Source: an uncultured SAR86 cluster bacterium
Lineage (GTDB): Bacteria > Pseudomonadota > Gammaproteobacteria > Magnimaribacterales > Magnimaribacteraceae
NCBI GenBank assembly: GCA_902532015.1
Contig: CACAGI010000001.1
Location: 57,639 to 121,638 of the forward strand
Length of the DNA stretch: 64,000 nucleotides
Direction: 5' to 3'
How positions within the stretch are numbered: position 1 is the stretch's first letter; each line of letters begins with the position of its first letter. The notes beneath the pieces are model-generated. The model did no database searches, was not told the origin of the DNA, and saw only the letters and a list, made by a program, of their open reading frames with translations. Positions 8,904-19,162 of the stretch are shown one piece after another. Made by a program: the position numbers and the translations under genes.

Positions 8904-10304
8904 TTACCTTGTTGACAAGTTTTTTTTTGCAACATTTATTTCTTTTTTAACCTGAGAAGGAGCCGTACCGCCTATTAGGTTTCTAGAATTGATTGACTCG
9001 ACTGGGTCCAAATAAGAGTATACATCTTCAGAGATTAATTTAGAGAATTTTCTTAATTCAGAGATTTCTAATTCGAATATTTGCATTCCATTTGATTCAG
9101 CATGAGCAACTATCTTTCCTGCTATTTCATGTGCTTTCCTAAAAGGTATAGACTTCTCCACCAGATAGTCAGCTAAATCAGTTGCCGTTATCTGGCCAAG
9201 CTTACATTCTGCTTCCATTTTTTTTATATTTACTTTCATGCCTCTAATTACTATAGAAAGAAGTACTAAACTATCATTTATATAATTCAAACTATCAAAG
9301 ACAAATGCTTTGTCTTCCTGCATGTCTCTATTATAGGAAAGTGGTAAGTTTTTCATTAATGATAATAAGCCCATTAGGTTGGCTATAGTCTTCGAAGAGC
9401 CGCCTCTTATAAGCTCAGCAACATCAGGATTTTTCTTTTGAGGCATAATCGAAGATCCAGTACAAACTTCATCAGACAAATTAACATATGCAAATTGGGA
9501 TGAAGACCATAAGACAATTTCTTCACATACTCTTGATAAATGGACCCCAAGGATTGAAAGGCTAGAAGCTGTTTCAATAACAAAATCTCTATCGCTCACA
9601 GCGTCAATAGAATTTCTAGAGAGACTTTTAAAGCCAAGTTTTTTTGCTAGGAAATTTCTGTTGATTCTATACCTTGATCCAGCCAACGCAGCCGAACCTA
9701 AAGGAAGTACACTCATTCTATGTTTTGCATCTGCAAGCCTCGCAAAGTCCCTGTCTAGCATTTCATACCATGCCATCAAATGATGTCCAAAAGTGACAGG
9801 TTGCGCTATTTGCAGATGAGTGAAACCAGGCATAATCGAAGAAGTATGTTTTTCAGCTTGCTTAACTATACTCTTTTGTAAAAGGGTTATATTCTTTAAT
9901 GTTTCGTCTATCTTAAGGCTTAAGTACATTCTTAAATCAGTTGAAACTTGATCATTTCTGGACCTGCCCGTATGAATTTTTTTAGCAGCATTTCCAGCTT
10001 TTCTTACTAAGGCTGTTTCAATATTCATATGCACATCTTCTAAGCTTTCATTCCATTCAAACTTTTCATCCTTTATTTCTGCGAGAATCTTAATTAATCC
10101 TCTTTTAATTTTTTGGAATTCTTTTGGAGTGATTACTTTCGCTTCTTTCAAAGCTTCTGCATATGCAATAGAGCCTTTTATATCTACTGCATAAAGTTCT
10201 TTATCAACATCAATAGACGCTGAGAAGGACTGAGTTAAGCTGTCAGTACTTCCTTCAAATCTACCTCCCCACAAAGGGTTTTTTTTATTTATTTTCTTAG
10301 ACAT
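8904..10304 (-). CDS. argH: Argininosuccinate lyase
   Basis: 466 aa. It has LWGGRFEGSTD, GRSRNDQV and the GSSIMPQKKNPD signature. Confidence 0.92.
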   Translation of the reverse strand: MSKKINKKNPLWGGRFEGSTDSLTQSFSASIDVDKELYAVDIKGSIAYAEALKEAKVITPKEFQKIKRGLIKILAEIKDEKFEWNESLEDVHMNIETALVRKAGNAAKKIHTGRSRNDQVSTDLRMYLSLKIDETLKNITLLQKSIVKQAEKHTSSIMPGFTHLQIAQPVTFGHHLMAWYEMLDRDFARLADAKHRMSVLPLGSAALAGSRYRINRNFLAKKLGFKSLSRNSIDAVSDRDFVIETASSLSILGVHLSRVCEEIVLWSSSQFAYVNLSDEVCTGSSIMPQKKNPDVAELIRGGSSKTIANLMGLLSLMKNLPLSYNRDMQEDKAFVFDSLNYINDSLVLLSIVIRGMKVNIKKMEAECKLGQITATDLADYLVEKSIPFRKAHEIAGKIVAHAESNGMQIFELEISELRKFSKLISEDVYSYLDPVESINSRNLIGGTAPSQVKKEINVAKKNLSTR

Positions 10305-10364
10305 GAATAAGTTTTAGAACGAAACAATCAAAACTTAAAGTTTTGTAATTCTGTGACCTACCTC

Positions 10365-11762
10365 TTAATATTTATAAAGATCAGATTTAAAAGGTCCTTC
10401 TTCAGGGACGCTTATATAATCGGCTTGCTCTGAAGAAAGTTTTGTCATAACCCCTCCAAAACCTTCGACCATATAAGAAGCAACTTCTTCATCAAGTTTC
10501 TTAGGTAAAATTTCAACTTTAATGAGTTCTTGTTTCTTATCTTCGTCATTTATTTGAGCAAACTTCTTCTCGTAAAGATACATCTGAGCAAGGACTTGAT
10601 TTGCAAATGAGCCATCCATGATCCTTGAGGGATGTCCTGTAGCATTTCCTAGATTCACCAGCCTTCCTTCGGATAATAGGATAATATAGTCATCACTATC
10701 TAGGTTAGGAGAGTCGCCTGATTTTGTGTCTCTAAATATTTTGTGCACTTGTGGTTTAACTTCTTCCCAAGCCCATTCTTCTCTCATATATTGCGTATCA
10801 ATTTCTGTATCAAAGTGTCCTATATTGCATATCACAGAACCTCTTTTTACAGCTTTAAGCATGTGCTTATCACATACCTTATAGTTGCCCGTTGTTGTTA
10901 CTATAAGATCAGTATCCTCTAAAAGAGTTTTATTTATAGAGTTTTCTGAGCCGTCGTTTACACCATCTATATAGGGCGAGACTACTTCATATCCATCCAT
11001 GCAGGCCTGCATAGCACATATGGGATCGATCTCTGTAACCCTAACCACCATTCCTTCTTGTTTAAGGCTTTGAGCAGAACCTTTACCCACATCACCATAA
11101 CCTATAACTAATGCTTTCCTGCCAGCTAGGAACATATCAGTTCCTCTTTTTATACCATCGTTCAAACTGTGCCTGGTACCGTATTTATTATCATTTTTTG
11201 ACTTAGTTACAGAATCATTTACGTTTATAGCCGGAACTTTTAATTGCCCCTTCTCAATCATCTCATTAAGTCTTAGAACACCAGTGGTTGTCTCTTCCGT
11301 TATACCATGTATATTTTCTAGAATTTCTGGATATTTTTCATGTGCCATAGAAGTAAGGTCACCTCCATCATCAAGAATCATATTTGCATCCCATGGCGTA
11401 CCATTAGATAAAATGGTTTGTTCTATGCACCAATTAAATTCTTCTTCAGTTTGACCCTTCCATGCAAAAACAGGTACACCAGAGGCAGCTATTGCTGCTG
11501 CAGCATGATCTTGTGTCGAAAATATATTACAACCTGACCATCTTACCTCTGCTCCAAGCGCTGTGAGTGTTTCTATTAGAACAGCTGTTTGTATTGTCAT
11601 ATGAATACATCCAAGAATCTTTGCCCCTTTTAAAGGTTGTTCTGCTGCATATCTTTCTCTTAATTTCATCAATGCAGGCATTTCAGATTGAGCAATTACA
11701 ATCTCTTTTCTGCCCCATTCAGCAAGAGAAATATCGGAAACTTTATAATCATTTGTACTCAT
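10365..11762 (-). CDS. ahcY: Adenosylhomocysteinase
   Basis: 465 aa. It has [20 protein letters not shown], [15 protein letters not shown] and the [11 protein letters not shown]-binding motif. Confidence 0.92.
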   Translation of the reverse strand: MSTNDYKVSDISLAEWGRKEIVIAQSEMPALMKLRERYAAEQPLKGAKILGCIHMTIQTAVLIETLTALGAEVRWSGCNIFSTQDHAAAAIAASGVPVFAWKGQTEEEFNWCIEQTILSNGTPWDANMILDDGGDLTSMAHEKYPEILENIHGITEETTTGVLRLNEMIEKGQLKVPAINVNDSVTKSKNDNKYGTRHSLNDGIKRGTDMFLAGRKALVIGYGDVGKGSAQSLKQEGMVVRVTEIDPICAMQACMDGYEVVSPYIDGVNDGSENSINKTLLEDTDLIVTTTGNYKVCDKHMLKAVKRGSVICNIGHFDTEIDTQYMREEWAWEEVKPQVHKIFRDTKSGDSPNLDSDDYIILLSEGRLVNLGNATGHPSRIMDGSFANQVLAQMYLYEKKFAQINDEDKKQELIKVEILPKKLDEEVASYMVEGFGGVMTKLSSEQADYISVPEEGPFKSDLYKY

Positions 11763-11766
11763 ATTC

Positions 11767-12924
11767 TTATCCTTTCAAAGCATCAGCTTTATCTGTTTTT
11801 TCCCAAGTAAAAGCACTCTCTTCTCTGCCAAAATGACCATAAGCTGCTGTAGCTTGATAGATTGGCCTTTTCAGATCTAGCATATTAATGAGTTGTCTAG
11901 GCCTTAAATCAAAATGTTCTCTGATTAGATCTGAAATTTTATTTTCATCAATCTTAGCAGTTCCGAAGGTGTTTACACTAATAGATGTAGGTTCTGCAAC
12001 ACCTATCGCATAAGAAATTTGTATCTCACACCTGTCAGCTAAGCCCGCAGCAACTATATTCTTTGCAACATATCTTCCTGCATAAGCAGCTGACCTATCA
12101 ACCTTTGAAGGGTCTTTTCCAGAAAAAGCACCTCCTCCATGTCTAGCCATACCACCATAAGTATCAACAATTATTTTTCTTCCAGTAAGTCCACAGTCTC
12201 CAACAGGTCCACCTATTTCAAACCTTCCAGTAGGATTGATGAAATACTTAGTGTTTGCATTAAGCCAGTTAGAAGGAAGTATAGGTTTCACTATTTCCTC
12301 CATAACTCCTTCTTTTAAATCTTCTTGCGAAACCTCTGGATCATGTTGGGTAGATAAAACCACCGCCGAAATGGACTCAGGCTTTCCGTCATCTCCATAT
12401 ACAAAGCTTACTTGGCTCTTGGCATCTGGTCTTAACCAAGAAAGTTTTCCAGATTTTCTTATAAAAGCTTGTTGCTCAACTAGTCTATGAGAATAAGTTA
12501 TAGGAGCAGGCATTAAGACTTCAGTTTCATTAGTAGCGTAACCAAACATAAGACCTTGATCTCCAGCCCCTTGCTCTAAATCCTCGCCTTCTCCTTCATT
12601 TACGCCTTGCGCGATATCTTGAGATTGTTTTCCAATTGCATTTACAACCTCGCATGTATTTCCATCACAACCAACGTCTAGGCTGTCATAACCTATATCC
12701 AGGATAACCTTTCTTGTTAAGCTTTCTAAGTCAGGCTCAGATTGACTCGTAATCTCACCCGCAAGAACAACTAAGTTGTCTTTCACTAAAGTTTCGCAGG
12801 CAACCCTAGAGTTAGGGTCATCTTTTAACATGGCGTCTAGAACGGCATCAGAAATTTGATCTGCCATTTTATCTGGATGCCCTTCTGAAACTGATTCAGA
12901 TGTAAATAATTTATATTCAGACAT
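11767..12924 (-). CDS. metK: S-adenosylmethionine synthetase
   Basis: 385 aa. It has [36 protein letters not shown] and [19 protein letters not shown]. Confidence 0.95.
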   Translation of the reverse strand: MSEYKLFTSESVSEGHPDKMADQISDAVLDAMLKDDPNSRVACETLVKDNLVVLAGEITSQSEPDLESLTRKVILDIGYDSLDVGCDGNTCEVVNAIGKQSQDIAQGVNEGEGEDLEQGAGDQGLMFGYATNETEVLMPAPITYSHRLVEQQAFIRKSGKLSWLRPDAKSQVSFVYGDDGKPESISAVVLSTQHDPEVSQEDLKEGVMEEIVKPILPSNWLNANTKYFINPTGRFEIGGPVGDCGLTGRKIIVDTYGGMARHGGGAFSGKDPSKVDRSAAYAGRYVAKNIVAAGLADRCEIQISYAIGVAEPTSISVNTFGTAKIDENKISDLIREHFDLRPRQLINMLDLKRPIYQATAAYGHFGREESAFTWEKTDKADALKG

Positions 12925-13056
12925 ATTTGTTTATCCCTTTAAAGAAAAGGCGCGTATTTTACACATAATCAAACTGTTTTATCTATTTTTTACTAATATA
13001 TGTGCATTGACTATATACAGGAAAAAAGTTTTCAGCCAAAATACGAATTACTAAAA

Positions 13057-15042
13057 ATGGCTACAAAAAACACTGATATAGCTAATATTCTAAGAGTATT
13101 GGCAATGGATGCAGTAGAGGAAGCAAAATGTGGTCATCCAGGAATGCCTATGGGCATGGCTGATATAGCTGAAGTCCTTTGGAGAAATCACCTAATTCAT
13201 AATCCCAAGAATCCTAATTGGCCCAATAGAGACAGATTTGTATTATCTAATGGCCATGGCTCAATGCTCATATATGCTTTACTGCATTTAACGGGCTATG
13301 ACTTAAGCTTGGATGAAATAAAGAACTTTAGAAAATTAGGCTCTAAAACTCCTGGCCATCCTGAATATGGGATTACACCTGGTGTTGAAACTACTACTGG
13401 ACCTTTAGGTCAGGGCATTTCTAATGCTGTAGGAATGGCAATAGCTGAAAAAATACTTGCAGAGAAATTTAATACACCTGAACACTGTATTGTTGATCAT
13501 ATGACTTATGTATTTACTGGAGACGGTTGCTTAATGGAGGGCATATCTCATGAAGCTTGTTCCTTAGCAGGCACTTTGGGCCTAGGAAAGTTAATTGTTA
13601 TCTATGACGACAATGGGATCTCAATAGACGGTAATGTTGAGGGATGGTTTACAGAGGATATCCCTGAAAGATTCAAATCTTATGGGTGGCAAGTAATACC
13701 TGAAGTAAATGGCCATGATTCCAATGATATCGATAAGGCGATAAAAACAGCTAAAGCAGAGACCGATAAGCCGACCATAATTTGCTGTAAAACAATTATT
13801 GGAAAGGGGTCTCCTAAAAAGGAAGGTTCTGCCTCTACTCATGGATCTGCTTTAGGTGAGGAAGAGATAAAAAACACAAGAGCTAATTTAGGATGGAAGC
13901 ATGAAGCGTTTAATATACCTAAAGAAATTTATTCTGCATGGGATGCTTCTGACCATGGACAAGCAATAGAAGGTGAATGGAATGAAATATTTAAAGATTA
14001 CAAGTCTAAGTATCCTTCTTTAGCTGAGGAATTCTTGCGCAGAATGGCGTCGGATTTACCTGAAGGTATTGAAGAAGCTATTTATAAATATATCGATGCA
14101 GTCCAGAAAGATGAGCCTAATATTGCAACAAGAACTTCTTCTCAGCGAGTCATTAATGTTCTAGGTCCACTTATTCCAGAATTAGTTGGAGGGTCTGCAG
14201 ATTTAACAGGTTCAAATAACACAAATTGGGAAGGTACGCATGAGATTGCGAATGGGGATTTTTCTGGGAACTATATAAATTATGGGGTTAGAGAATTTGC
14301 CATGACAGGAATAATGAATGGTCTAGTTCTGCATGGTGGTATTAAACCCTATAGCGGCACTTTCTTGACCTTTCTAGATTATGCAAGAAATGCTGTCAGG
14401 ATGGCTGCTTTGATGGAAATATCTACAATATTAGTATATTCACATGATTCAATAGGAGTTGGTGAAGATGGACCGACTCATCAACCAGTTGAACACCTTA
14501 CAAGCTTAAGGACTACTCCAAATTTAGAAACTTGGAGGCCTTGTGATACCTCTGAAACAGCTATTTCTTGGCTGTCAGCGATAACAAATATATCAAAGCC
14601 TACAGCATTGATTCTCTCAAGACAGAGCCTACCAACATTTGCAAGAAACGAATCGCAAATACAATCAATTTCGAAAGGTGCTTATGTCATCCATGAACCT
14701 AAGTCAGAAGTAGAGTTAGTTTTAATTGCTACTGGCTCAGAAGTTAAGCTTGCTATGGAAGTCGCAGAAGAACTTAAAGATAAGAAAAATATTAGAGTGG
14801 TATCTATGCCTTGCTCTGAGAGGTTTGATGAACAGTCTGACAAATATAAGACTTCAGTGCTAGGACATGGCATTAAAAGGGTAGCCATTGAAGCCTCTCA
14901 TGAAGATTGGTGGAGAAAATATGTAGGCCTTGAAGGAGAAGTTATTGGAATGACTTCCTTTGGGGAGTCCGCACCAGGTAATGATCTCTTTGAGCATTTT
15001 GGATTCACTAAAGAAAAGATCATAAAAGCCTTAGGCTTATAA
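13057..15042 (+). CDS. tkt: Transketolase
   Basis: I take the ATG at 13057 ([33 protein letters not shown]) rather than the track start at 13000. It has the ThDP motif [13 protein letters not shown] and the transketolase signature 2 region. Confidence 0.93.
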   Translation: MATKNTDIANILRVLAMDAVEEAKCGHPGMPMGMADIAEVLWRNHLIHNPKNPNWPNRDRFVLSNGHGSMLIYALLHLTGYDLSLDEIKNFRKLGSKTPGHPEYGITPGVETTTGPLGQGISNAVGMAIAEKILAEKFNTPEHCIVDHMTYVFTGDGCLMEGISHEACSLAGTLGLGKLIVIYDDNGISIDGNVEGWFTEDIPERFKSYGWQVIPEVNGHDSNDIDKAIKTAKAETDKPTIICCKTIIGKGSPKKEGSASTHGSALGEEEIKNTRANLGWKHEAFNIPKEIYSAWDASDHGQAIEGEWNEIFKDYKSKYPSLAEEFLRRMASDLPEGIEEAIYKYIDAVQKDEPNIATRTSSQRVINVLGPLIPELVGGSADLTGSNNTNWEGTHEIANGDFSGNYINYGVREFAMTGIMNGLVLHGGIKPYSGTFLTFLDYARNAVRMAALMEISTILVYSHDSIGVGEDGPTHQPVEHLTSLRTTPNLETWRPCDTSETAISWLSAITNISKPTALILSRQSLPTFARNESQIQSISKGAYVIHEPKSEVELVLIATGSEVKLAMEVAEELKDKKNIRVVSMPCSERFDEQSDKYKTSVLGHGIKRVAIEASHEDWWRKYVGLEGEVIGMTSFGESAPGNDLFEHFGFTKEKIIKALGL

Positions 15043-15047
15043 ATTCC

Positions 15048-16208
15048 ATGAAATTACTTGGATTGAACGATTTTCAATTTAAAGATCAACGTACCTTGCT
15101 GCGTCTAGATTTGAATGCCCCAATAGAAAATGGTGAAGTAAGTAACGATGAAAGGTTGGTAAGATCTTTGCCAACAATAAATCACATATTAAACAATGAC
15201 GGCAGACTTATAGTAATTAGTCACTTGGGAAGACCGAAAGAGAATGGCAAACATCAACCTGAATTTTCACTATCCCCAGTTGTTAAGCGTTTGGAAGAGT
15301 TACTGAGCAGACCTATCAAATTGGTTTCTGACCTAACTAAAATGTCTTCAATTAGGAAAGGCGAGATGATAGTTTTTGAGAATATAAGATTCTTAGAAGG
15401 AGAGAAATCTAATGATCCTATATTATCTAAAAGATTAGCAGATATTGCTGACATCTTTGTTATGGATGCTTTTGCCACTTCGCATAGGGCCCATGCTTCT
15501 ACTACTGGAGTAACAAAATATGTAGAAAAAGCATGTGCTGGTTTGTTACTGGAGGAGGAAATAAATGCTTTATCCATGATCACTTTGAAAGATAAAGGAA
15601 AATCACTTGCTGTATTGGGAGGCGCAAAAATATCCACTAAATTAGATTTAATAAACTCTTTATGCAAGAAAATGGACACTGTTATTTTAGGGGGAGGAAT
15701 AGCAAATACATGTCTACTAGCCCAGGGATTTTCTGTGGGAAGTTCTTTAGTTGAAAATAGCATGCTCAATGAAGCCTTGGAACTTTCTAAACGGAGTAAT
15801 GTAATAGTTCCAAGAATGTTAGTGACAGCAAAGAGTAAGGATCATGAAAGCCATATAAAACATATCGATCAAGTGGAAGAAGATGAATCTATTTTTGATA
15901 TAGCTCCAGAAAGCTTCAAAGAACATGAAAATATATTTAAAGAAGCAACCACTATTTTATGGAATGGCCCGATGGGATTATTTGAAGAAAGTAAGTTTGC
16001 TCTAGGGACTAATCACGCAGCTAAAATGATTGTTGCGTCTAAAGGGTTTTCAGTTGCGGGCGGAGGAGATACTATATCTGCAGCTTCAAAGGCAGGAGTA
16101 TTAGATAAGATTGATTATGTTTCAACTGCTGGAGGTGCCTTCTTAGAGTTTATAGAAGGAAGGAAACTACCTGCTTTAGAAGCTTTACAATTGAAGCGAA
16201 AGAAATGA
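15048..16208 (+). CDS. pgk: Phosphoglycerate kinase
   Basis: 386 aa. It has RLDLNAP..., ISHLGRPK, FENIRF and GGGDT motifs. Confidence 0.92.
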   Translation: MKLLGLNDFQFKDQRTLLRLDLNAPIENGEVSNDERLVRSLPTINHILNNDGRLIVISHLGRPKENGKHQPEFSLSPVVKRLEELLSRPIKLVSDLTKMSSIRKGEMIVFENIRFLEGEKSNDPILSKRLADIADIFVMDAFATSHRAHASTTGVTKYVEKACAGLLLEEEINALSMITLKDKGKSLAVLGGAKISTKLDLINSLCKKMDTVILGGGIANTCLLAQGFSVGSSLVENSMLNEALELSKRSNVIVPRMLVTAKSKDHESHIKHIDQVEEDESIFDIAPESFKEHENIFKEATTILWNGPMGLFEESKFALGTNHAAKMIVASKGFSVAGGGDTISAASKAGVLDKIDYVSTAGGAFLEFIEGRKLPALEALQLKRKK

Positions 16209-16226
16209 AATCTTAGGAGAAAAAAG

Positions 16227-17240
16227 ATGGGTGACCTAAATAATATTGAAGAAGTGGCAAATTACATTGTAGCTGATGGAAAAGGTATTTTAGCAGCAGA
16301 CGAAAGTAATCCTACCTGTGGAAAACGTTTTGATTCTATAGGCGTGGATTCCAACGAAGAAAGCAGAAGAGATTATCGTGAAATGTTATTCAGATCTGAA
16401 GGTATGAAGGGGAATATCGGAGGAGTTATATTGTTTGATGAAACTATTAGGCAAGAAGCGGAAGATGGTACGCCGTTGATTAATATAATTTTAGATCAAG
16501 GAGCATTGCCGGGCATTAAAGTAGATCAGGGTTTAAAGCCCATTGGGGAGTCTGGAGAGTCATTAACTCAAGGTCTTGAAGGGTTAGACGAAAGGCTTAA
16601 GGAGTATTATTCTTTGGGAGCAAGATTTACTAAATGGAGAGCAGTTATAAAGGTTGGTGATTTGTTACCTACCGACGAAGCGGTTGTCAGCAATATGAAC
16701 GCCCTTGCTGAGTATGCGAAGCTCGTTCAAGACCATAATATGGTACCTATGGTAGAGCCAGAAGTATTAATGGATGGAAATCATTCTATAGATCATTGCT
16801 TTGAAGCTACAGCGAGAAGTCTTGACTGTCTCTTTAACCTTCTTGACGATAAAGGAGTAAATATAAAGGGGACTATATTAAAGCCCAATATGGTTACTTC
16901 AGGTTCTGAAGCTCCTATTAAAGCAGATATAGATGAAGTAGCGAATCAGACCATCAAATGTTTAAAGATGTATGTTCCTGATGATCTTCCAGGAGTAACC
17001 TTTTTATCCGGAGGTCAATCAGATCTCGATTCAACTGCGCATTTAGATGCAATGAATAAGATAGGAGGTTTTACATGGAAATTGAGTTTTTCCTACGGGA
17101 GAGCTTTACAACAAGCTGCTTTAAAGGCCTGGATGGGAAAGAAAGAAAACTCTTCTTTAGCTCAAAAAGCACTTTCGCACCGAGCTCATATGAACAGATT
17201 AGCTTCTGACGGCTCTTGGAGCGCTTCATTGGAAAATTAG
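16227..17240 (+). CDS. Fructose-bisphosphate aldolase, class I (Schiff-base type)
   Basis: 337 aa. GKGILAADESNPTCGKRF, LKPNMV (Schiff-base Lys region) and FSYGRALQ are class I FBA signatures. Confidence 0.85.
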   Translation: MGDLNNIEEVANYIVADGKGILAADESNPTCGKRFDSIGVDSNEESRRDYREMLFRSEGMKGNIGGVILFDETIRQEAEDGTPLINIILDQGALPGIKVDQGLKPIGESGESLTQGLEGLDERLKEYYSLGARFTKWRAVIKVGDLLPTDEAVVSNMNALAEYAKLVQDHNMVPMVEPEVLMDGNHSIDHCFEATARSLDCLFNLLDDKGVNIKGTILKPNMVTSGSEAPIKADIDEVANQTIKCLKMYVPDDLPGVTFLSGGQSDLDSTAHLDAMNKIGGFTWKLSFSYGRALQQAALKAWMGKKENSSLAQKALSHRAHMNRLASDGSWSASLEN

Positions 17241-17247
17241 ATACCTC

Positions 17248-17685
17248 TTGAAAATTTTAGTTCAAAGGGTTTCTAAAGCAGGAGTAAAAGTTGACGGTGA
17301 GAATATTGCCTCTATTGCAAATGGTATTCTAGTTTTTGTAGGATTTGATCCCAATGATTCAATTAATCAAATAATAAAACTAACAAAAAAACTTCTAAAT
17401 TATAAAGTTTTCAATGATTCTTATGGGAGAGTAGCTTTAAGCGTTCTAGAAGTTGAAGCAGAAATACTGCTGATTCCTCAAGTTACACTTTCAGTTAATA
17501 CTGACAAAGGTCTTAAACCAAGTTTTTCTTCAGCAGCTAGTCCAGAAAAAGGATTAGACTTATTCCAGTCCTTCAAGAGTCACATTGAAAGTAGCTATTC
17601 AAGAGTGCAAACAGGAAAGTTCGGTGCCAATATGTCAGTAAGTCTTATAAATGAGGGACCAATAACCTATTGGTTTGAAGCTTAG
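17248..17685 (+). CDS. dtd: D-aminoacyl-tRNA deacylase
   Basis: 145 aa with a TTG start. MKILVQRVSKAGVKVDG...GILVFVGF...SQFTL-like (PQVTL)...NEGPITYW is typical of Dtd. Confidence 0.85.
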   Translation: MKILVQRVSKAGVKVDGENIASIANGILVFVGFDPNDSINQIIKLTKKLLNYKVFNDSYGRVALSVLEVEAEILLIPQVTLSVNTDKGLKPSFSSAASPEKGLDLFQSFKSHIESSYSRVQTGKFGANMSVSLINEGPITYWFEA

Positions 17686-18402
17686 TTATTTCTTATTTTT
17701 TATAAATATTCTAGCCAACATCAAACCAACCTCAAACAACAACCAGGCCGGAAGAGCAAGTAGGGTTTGTGATATTACGTCAGGCGGAGTTAAAAACATA
17801 CCTATAGTAAAACAACCAATAATCACATAAGGCCTCTTTGCACTAAGTCCTTCAGGGGTAGATACTCCACTCCATATTAATAGAAATATAAAAACAGGAA
17901 TCTCAAAAGCAAATGAAAAGGCAAACATCATACTTAGTACAAAATCTAAATATCTGCTGATATCCGTCATGACTAAAATTCCTTCAGGGGCCGAGCTAGT
18001 GAAGAAACCGAAAACTAGAGGTAAAACTAGAAAATAAGTGAATATAATTCCTGAATAAAAAAGTAATAGGCTAGATAGCATAACCATGAAGCTAAGACTT
18101 TTTTCGTTCTGGTACATTCCTGGAGCAATAAATTTCCAGACTTGATTCAAAGAATAAGGCATAGATATTAGCAAAGAAACAAAAAAGGTAAGTTTAAGAG
18201 GCGTTAAAAAAGGTGAAGCCACTTCAGTTGCTATCATAGAAGAATTACCAGGTAGAAAAACTTTTAAAGGTTCAGCTGCAATTTGATAAATATCATTCGA
18301 AAAATAAATTAGGCAAAGGAAACATAAAACAACAAAAATTAAGCAGTTAATTAGTCTAGCCCTTAACTCTATTAAGTTATCCATAAATCCGTTTTTTTCC
18401 AT
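17686..18402 (-). CDS. tatC: Twin-arginine translocase subunit TatC
   Basis: 238 aa with 6 hydrophobic segments. HLIELRxRL-type N-terminus (NLIELRARLINCLI). Lies downstream of tatA/tatB. Confidence 0.9.
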   Translation of the reverse strand: MEKNGFMDNLIELRARLINCLIFVVLCFLCLIYFSNDIYQIAAEPLKVFLPGNSSMIATEVASPFLTPLKLTFFVSLLISMPYSLNQVWKFIAPGMYQNEKSLSFMVMLSSLLLFYSGIIFTYFLVLPLVFGFFTSSAPEGILVMTDISRYLDFVLSMMFAFSFAFEIPVFIFLLIWSGVSTPEGLSAKRPYVIIGCFTIGMFLTPPDVISQTLLALPAWLLFEVGLMLARIFIKNKK

Positions 18403-18411
18403 TACTAGATA

Positions 18412-18645
18412 CTATTTATTAGAGTCTTTTATATCTTTTAAGATTTCATCATTTCTGGAGTCTTGGTATGTCTCATTCAATCCAAAAGTCCTGTTTATTT
18501 CTTGTTTAGTTTTGGTTATTTGACTTTTTACCCAAAACCAAGTTCTAGTAAATGCTTTAACTGCTTCAGGCAATCTTTTAGGACCCAATACAACCAGACT
18601 AACAAGCAGAACAAAAAGAAGCTCAAAAAAGCCTATGTCCAACAT
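18412..18645 (-). CDS. tatB: Twin-arginine translocase subunit TatB (short form)
   Basis: 77 aa. MLDIGFFELLFVLLVSLVVLGPKRLPEA is the TatA/B N-terminal TM plus hinge motif. It sits between tatA and tatC. Confidence 0.7.
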   Translation of the reverse strand: MLDIGFFELLFVLLVSLVVLGPKRLPEAVKAFTRTWFWVKSQITKTKQEINRTFGLNETYQDSRNDEILKDIKDSNK

Positions 18646-18648
18646 CTC

Positions 18649-18813
18649 TTACTTATTATCTTTGTCTTCTTCATCCATTGTCTTCCTAAAACTTTTAACA
18701 GTTTTAGCTAAGTCGGACCCAAGACTCTTTATTCTTTTGGTTCCCCCAAAAAGCAATAAAATTAATATTAGAATAATTAGTATTTGCCAAATACTGATAC
18801 CACCTATTCCCAT
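18649..18813 (-). CDS. tatA: Twin-arginine translocase subunit TatA (not in the ORF track)
   Basis: My translation is MGIGGISIWQILIILILILLLFGGTKRIKSLGSDLAKTVKSFRKTMDEEDKDNK. It has the canonical TatA TM, FG hinge and amphipathic helix. It ends 3 nt before the tatB start. Confidence 0.8.
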   Translation of the reverse strand: MGIGGISIWQILIILILILLLFGGTKRIKSLGSDLAKTVKSFRKTMDEEDKDNK

Positions 18814-18834
18814 TTTATTCTCCTGTCTATTTTC

Positions 18835-19158
18835 TTAACGTGAAGACTTCTCTTCATGTCCGGAAGTCCCAAGTCTAGATTCTAGCTCAGATAGAACATC
18901 TTCTAATTCTAAACCTTCATTCTCAATTAGGACCATCGTATGAAACCATAAATCGGCCATTTCATGTATAACTTTTTCTTCTTTACCTGGAAAATCTGTT
19001 GCAGTTGATTCTATTAGTTCAAGTGCTTCTTCAAAAACTTTTTCGTTGATCTTTTTTGTTCCGTCTTCAAGTAAAGATTTCACATAAGAGTCTTCTCGAT
19101 TTGATGATCTTCTTTTTTTAATGAGATCAGCTAACTTAAATAAAATATCTGCTTTCAT
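18835..19158 (-). CDS. hisE: Phosphoribosyl-ATP pyrophosphatase
   Basis: 107 aa. The EExxEL...E..DL.FH..V motif (EEALELIES...EMADLWFHTMVL) is the MazG-like HisE signature. It sits between ubiB and tatA, as in pseudomonads. Confidence 0.8.
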   Translation of the reverse strand: MKADILFKLADLIKKRRSSNREDSYVKSLLEDGTKKINEKVFEEALELIESTATDFPGKEEKVIHEMADLWFHTMVLIENEGLELEDVLSELESRLGTSGHEEKSSR

Positions 19159-19162
19159 AACG

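Noticed and set aside
12925-13056. A possible SAM or SAH riboswitch in the metK leader.
   Set aside because: I see only a short CCUUU/AAAGG hairpin around the Shine-Dalgarno region. I recognise no SAM-I, SAM-II, SAM-V or SAH conserved cores by eye. A covariance-model scan is needed before claiming anything.
13000-13056. N-terminal extensions in the ORF track. These affect tkt at 13000, rpmB at 36353, the coiled-coil ORF at 33424, Anbu at 44668, TauD-like at 48177, Gpx at 29187, the methyltransferase at 41189 and the esterase at 41827.
   Set aside because: In each case an internal ATG gives the family-typical N-terminus or signal peptide and removes an implausible overlap with a neighbour. 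The upstream extensions are hydrophobic or basic junk with no homology.
15254-15769. A 171-aa ORF antisense to pgk. Similarly, a 161-aa ORF at 61096-61581 is antisense to mmsB.
   Set aside because: Both lie entirely inside genes with unmistakable homology on the opposite strand. Their translations are low-complexity (S/F/I/K-rich) with no recognisable motifs. I treat them as shadow ORFs.
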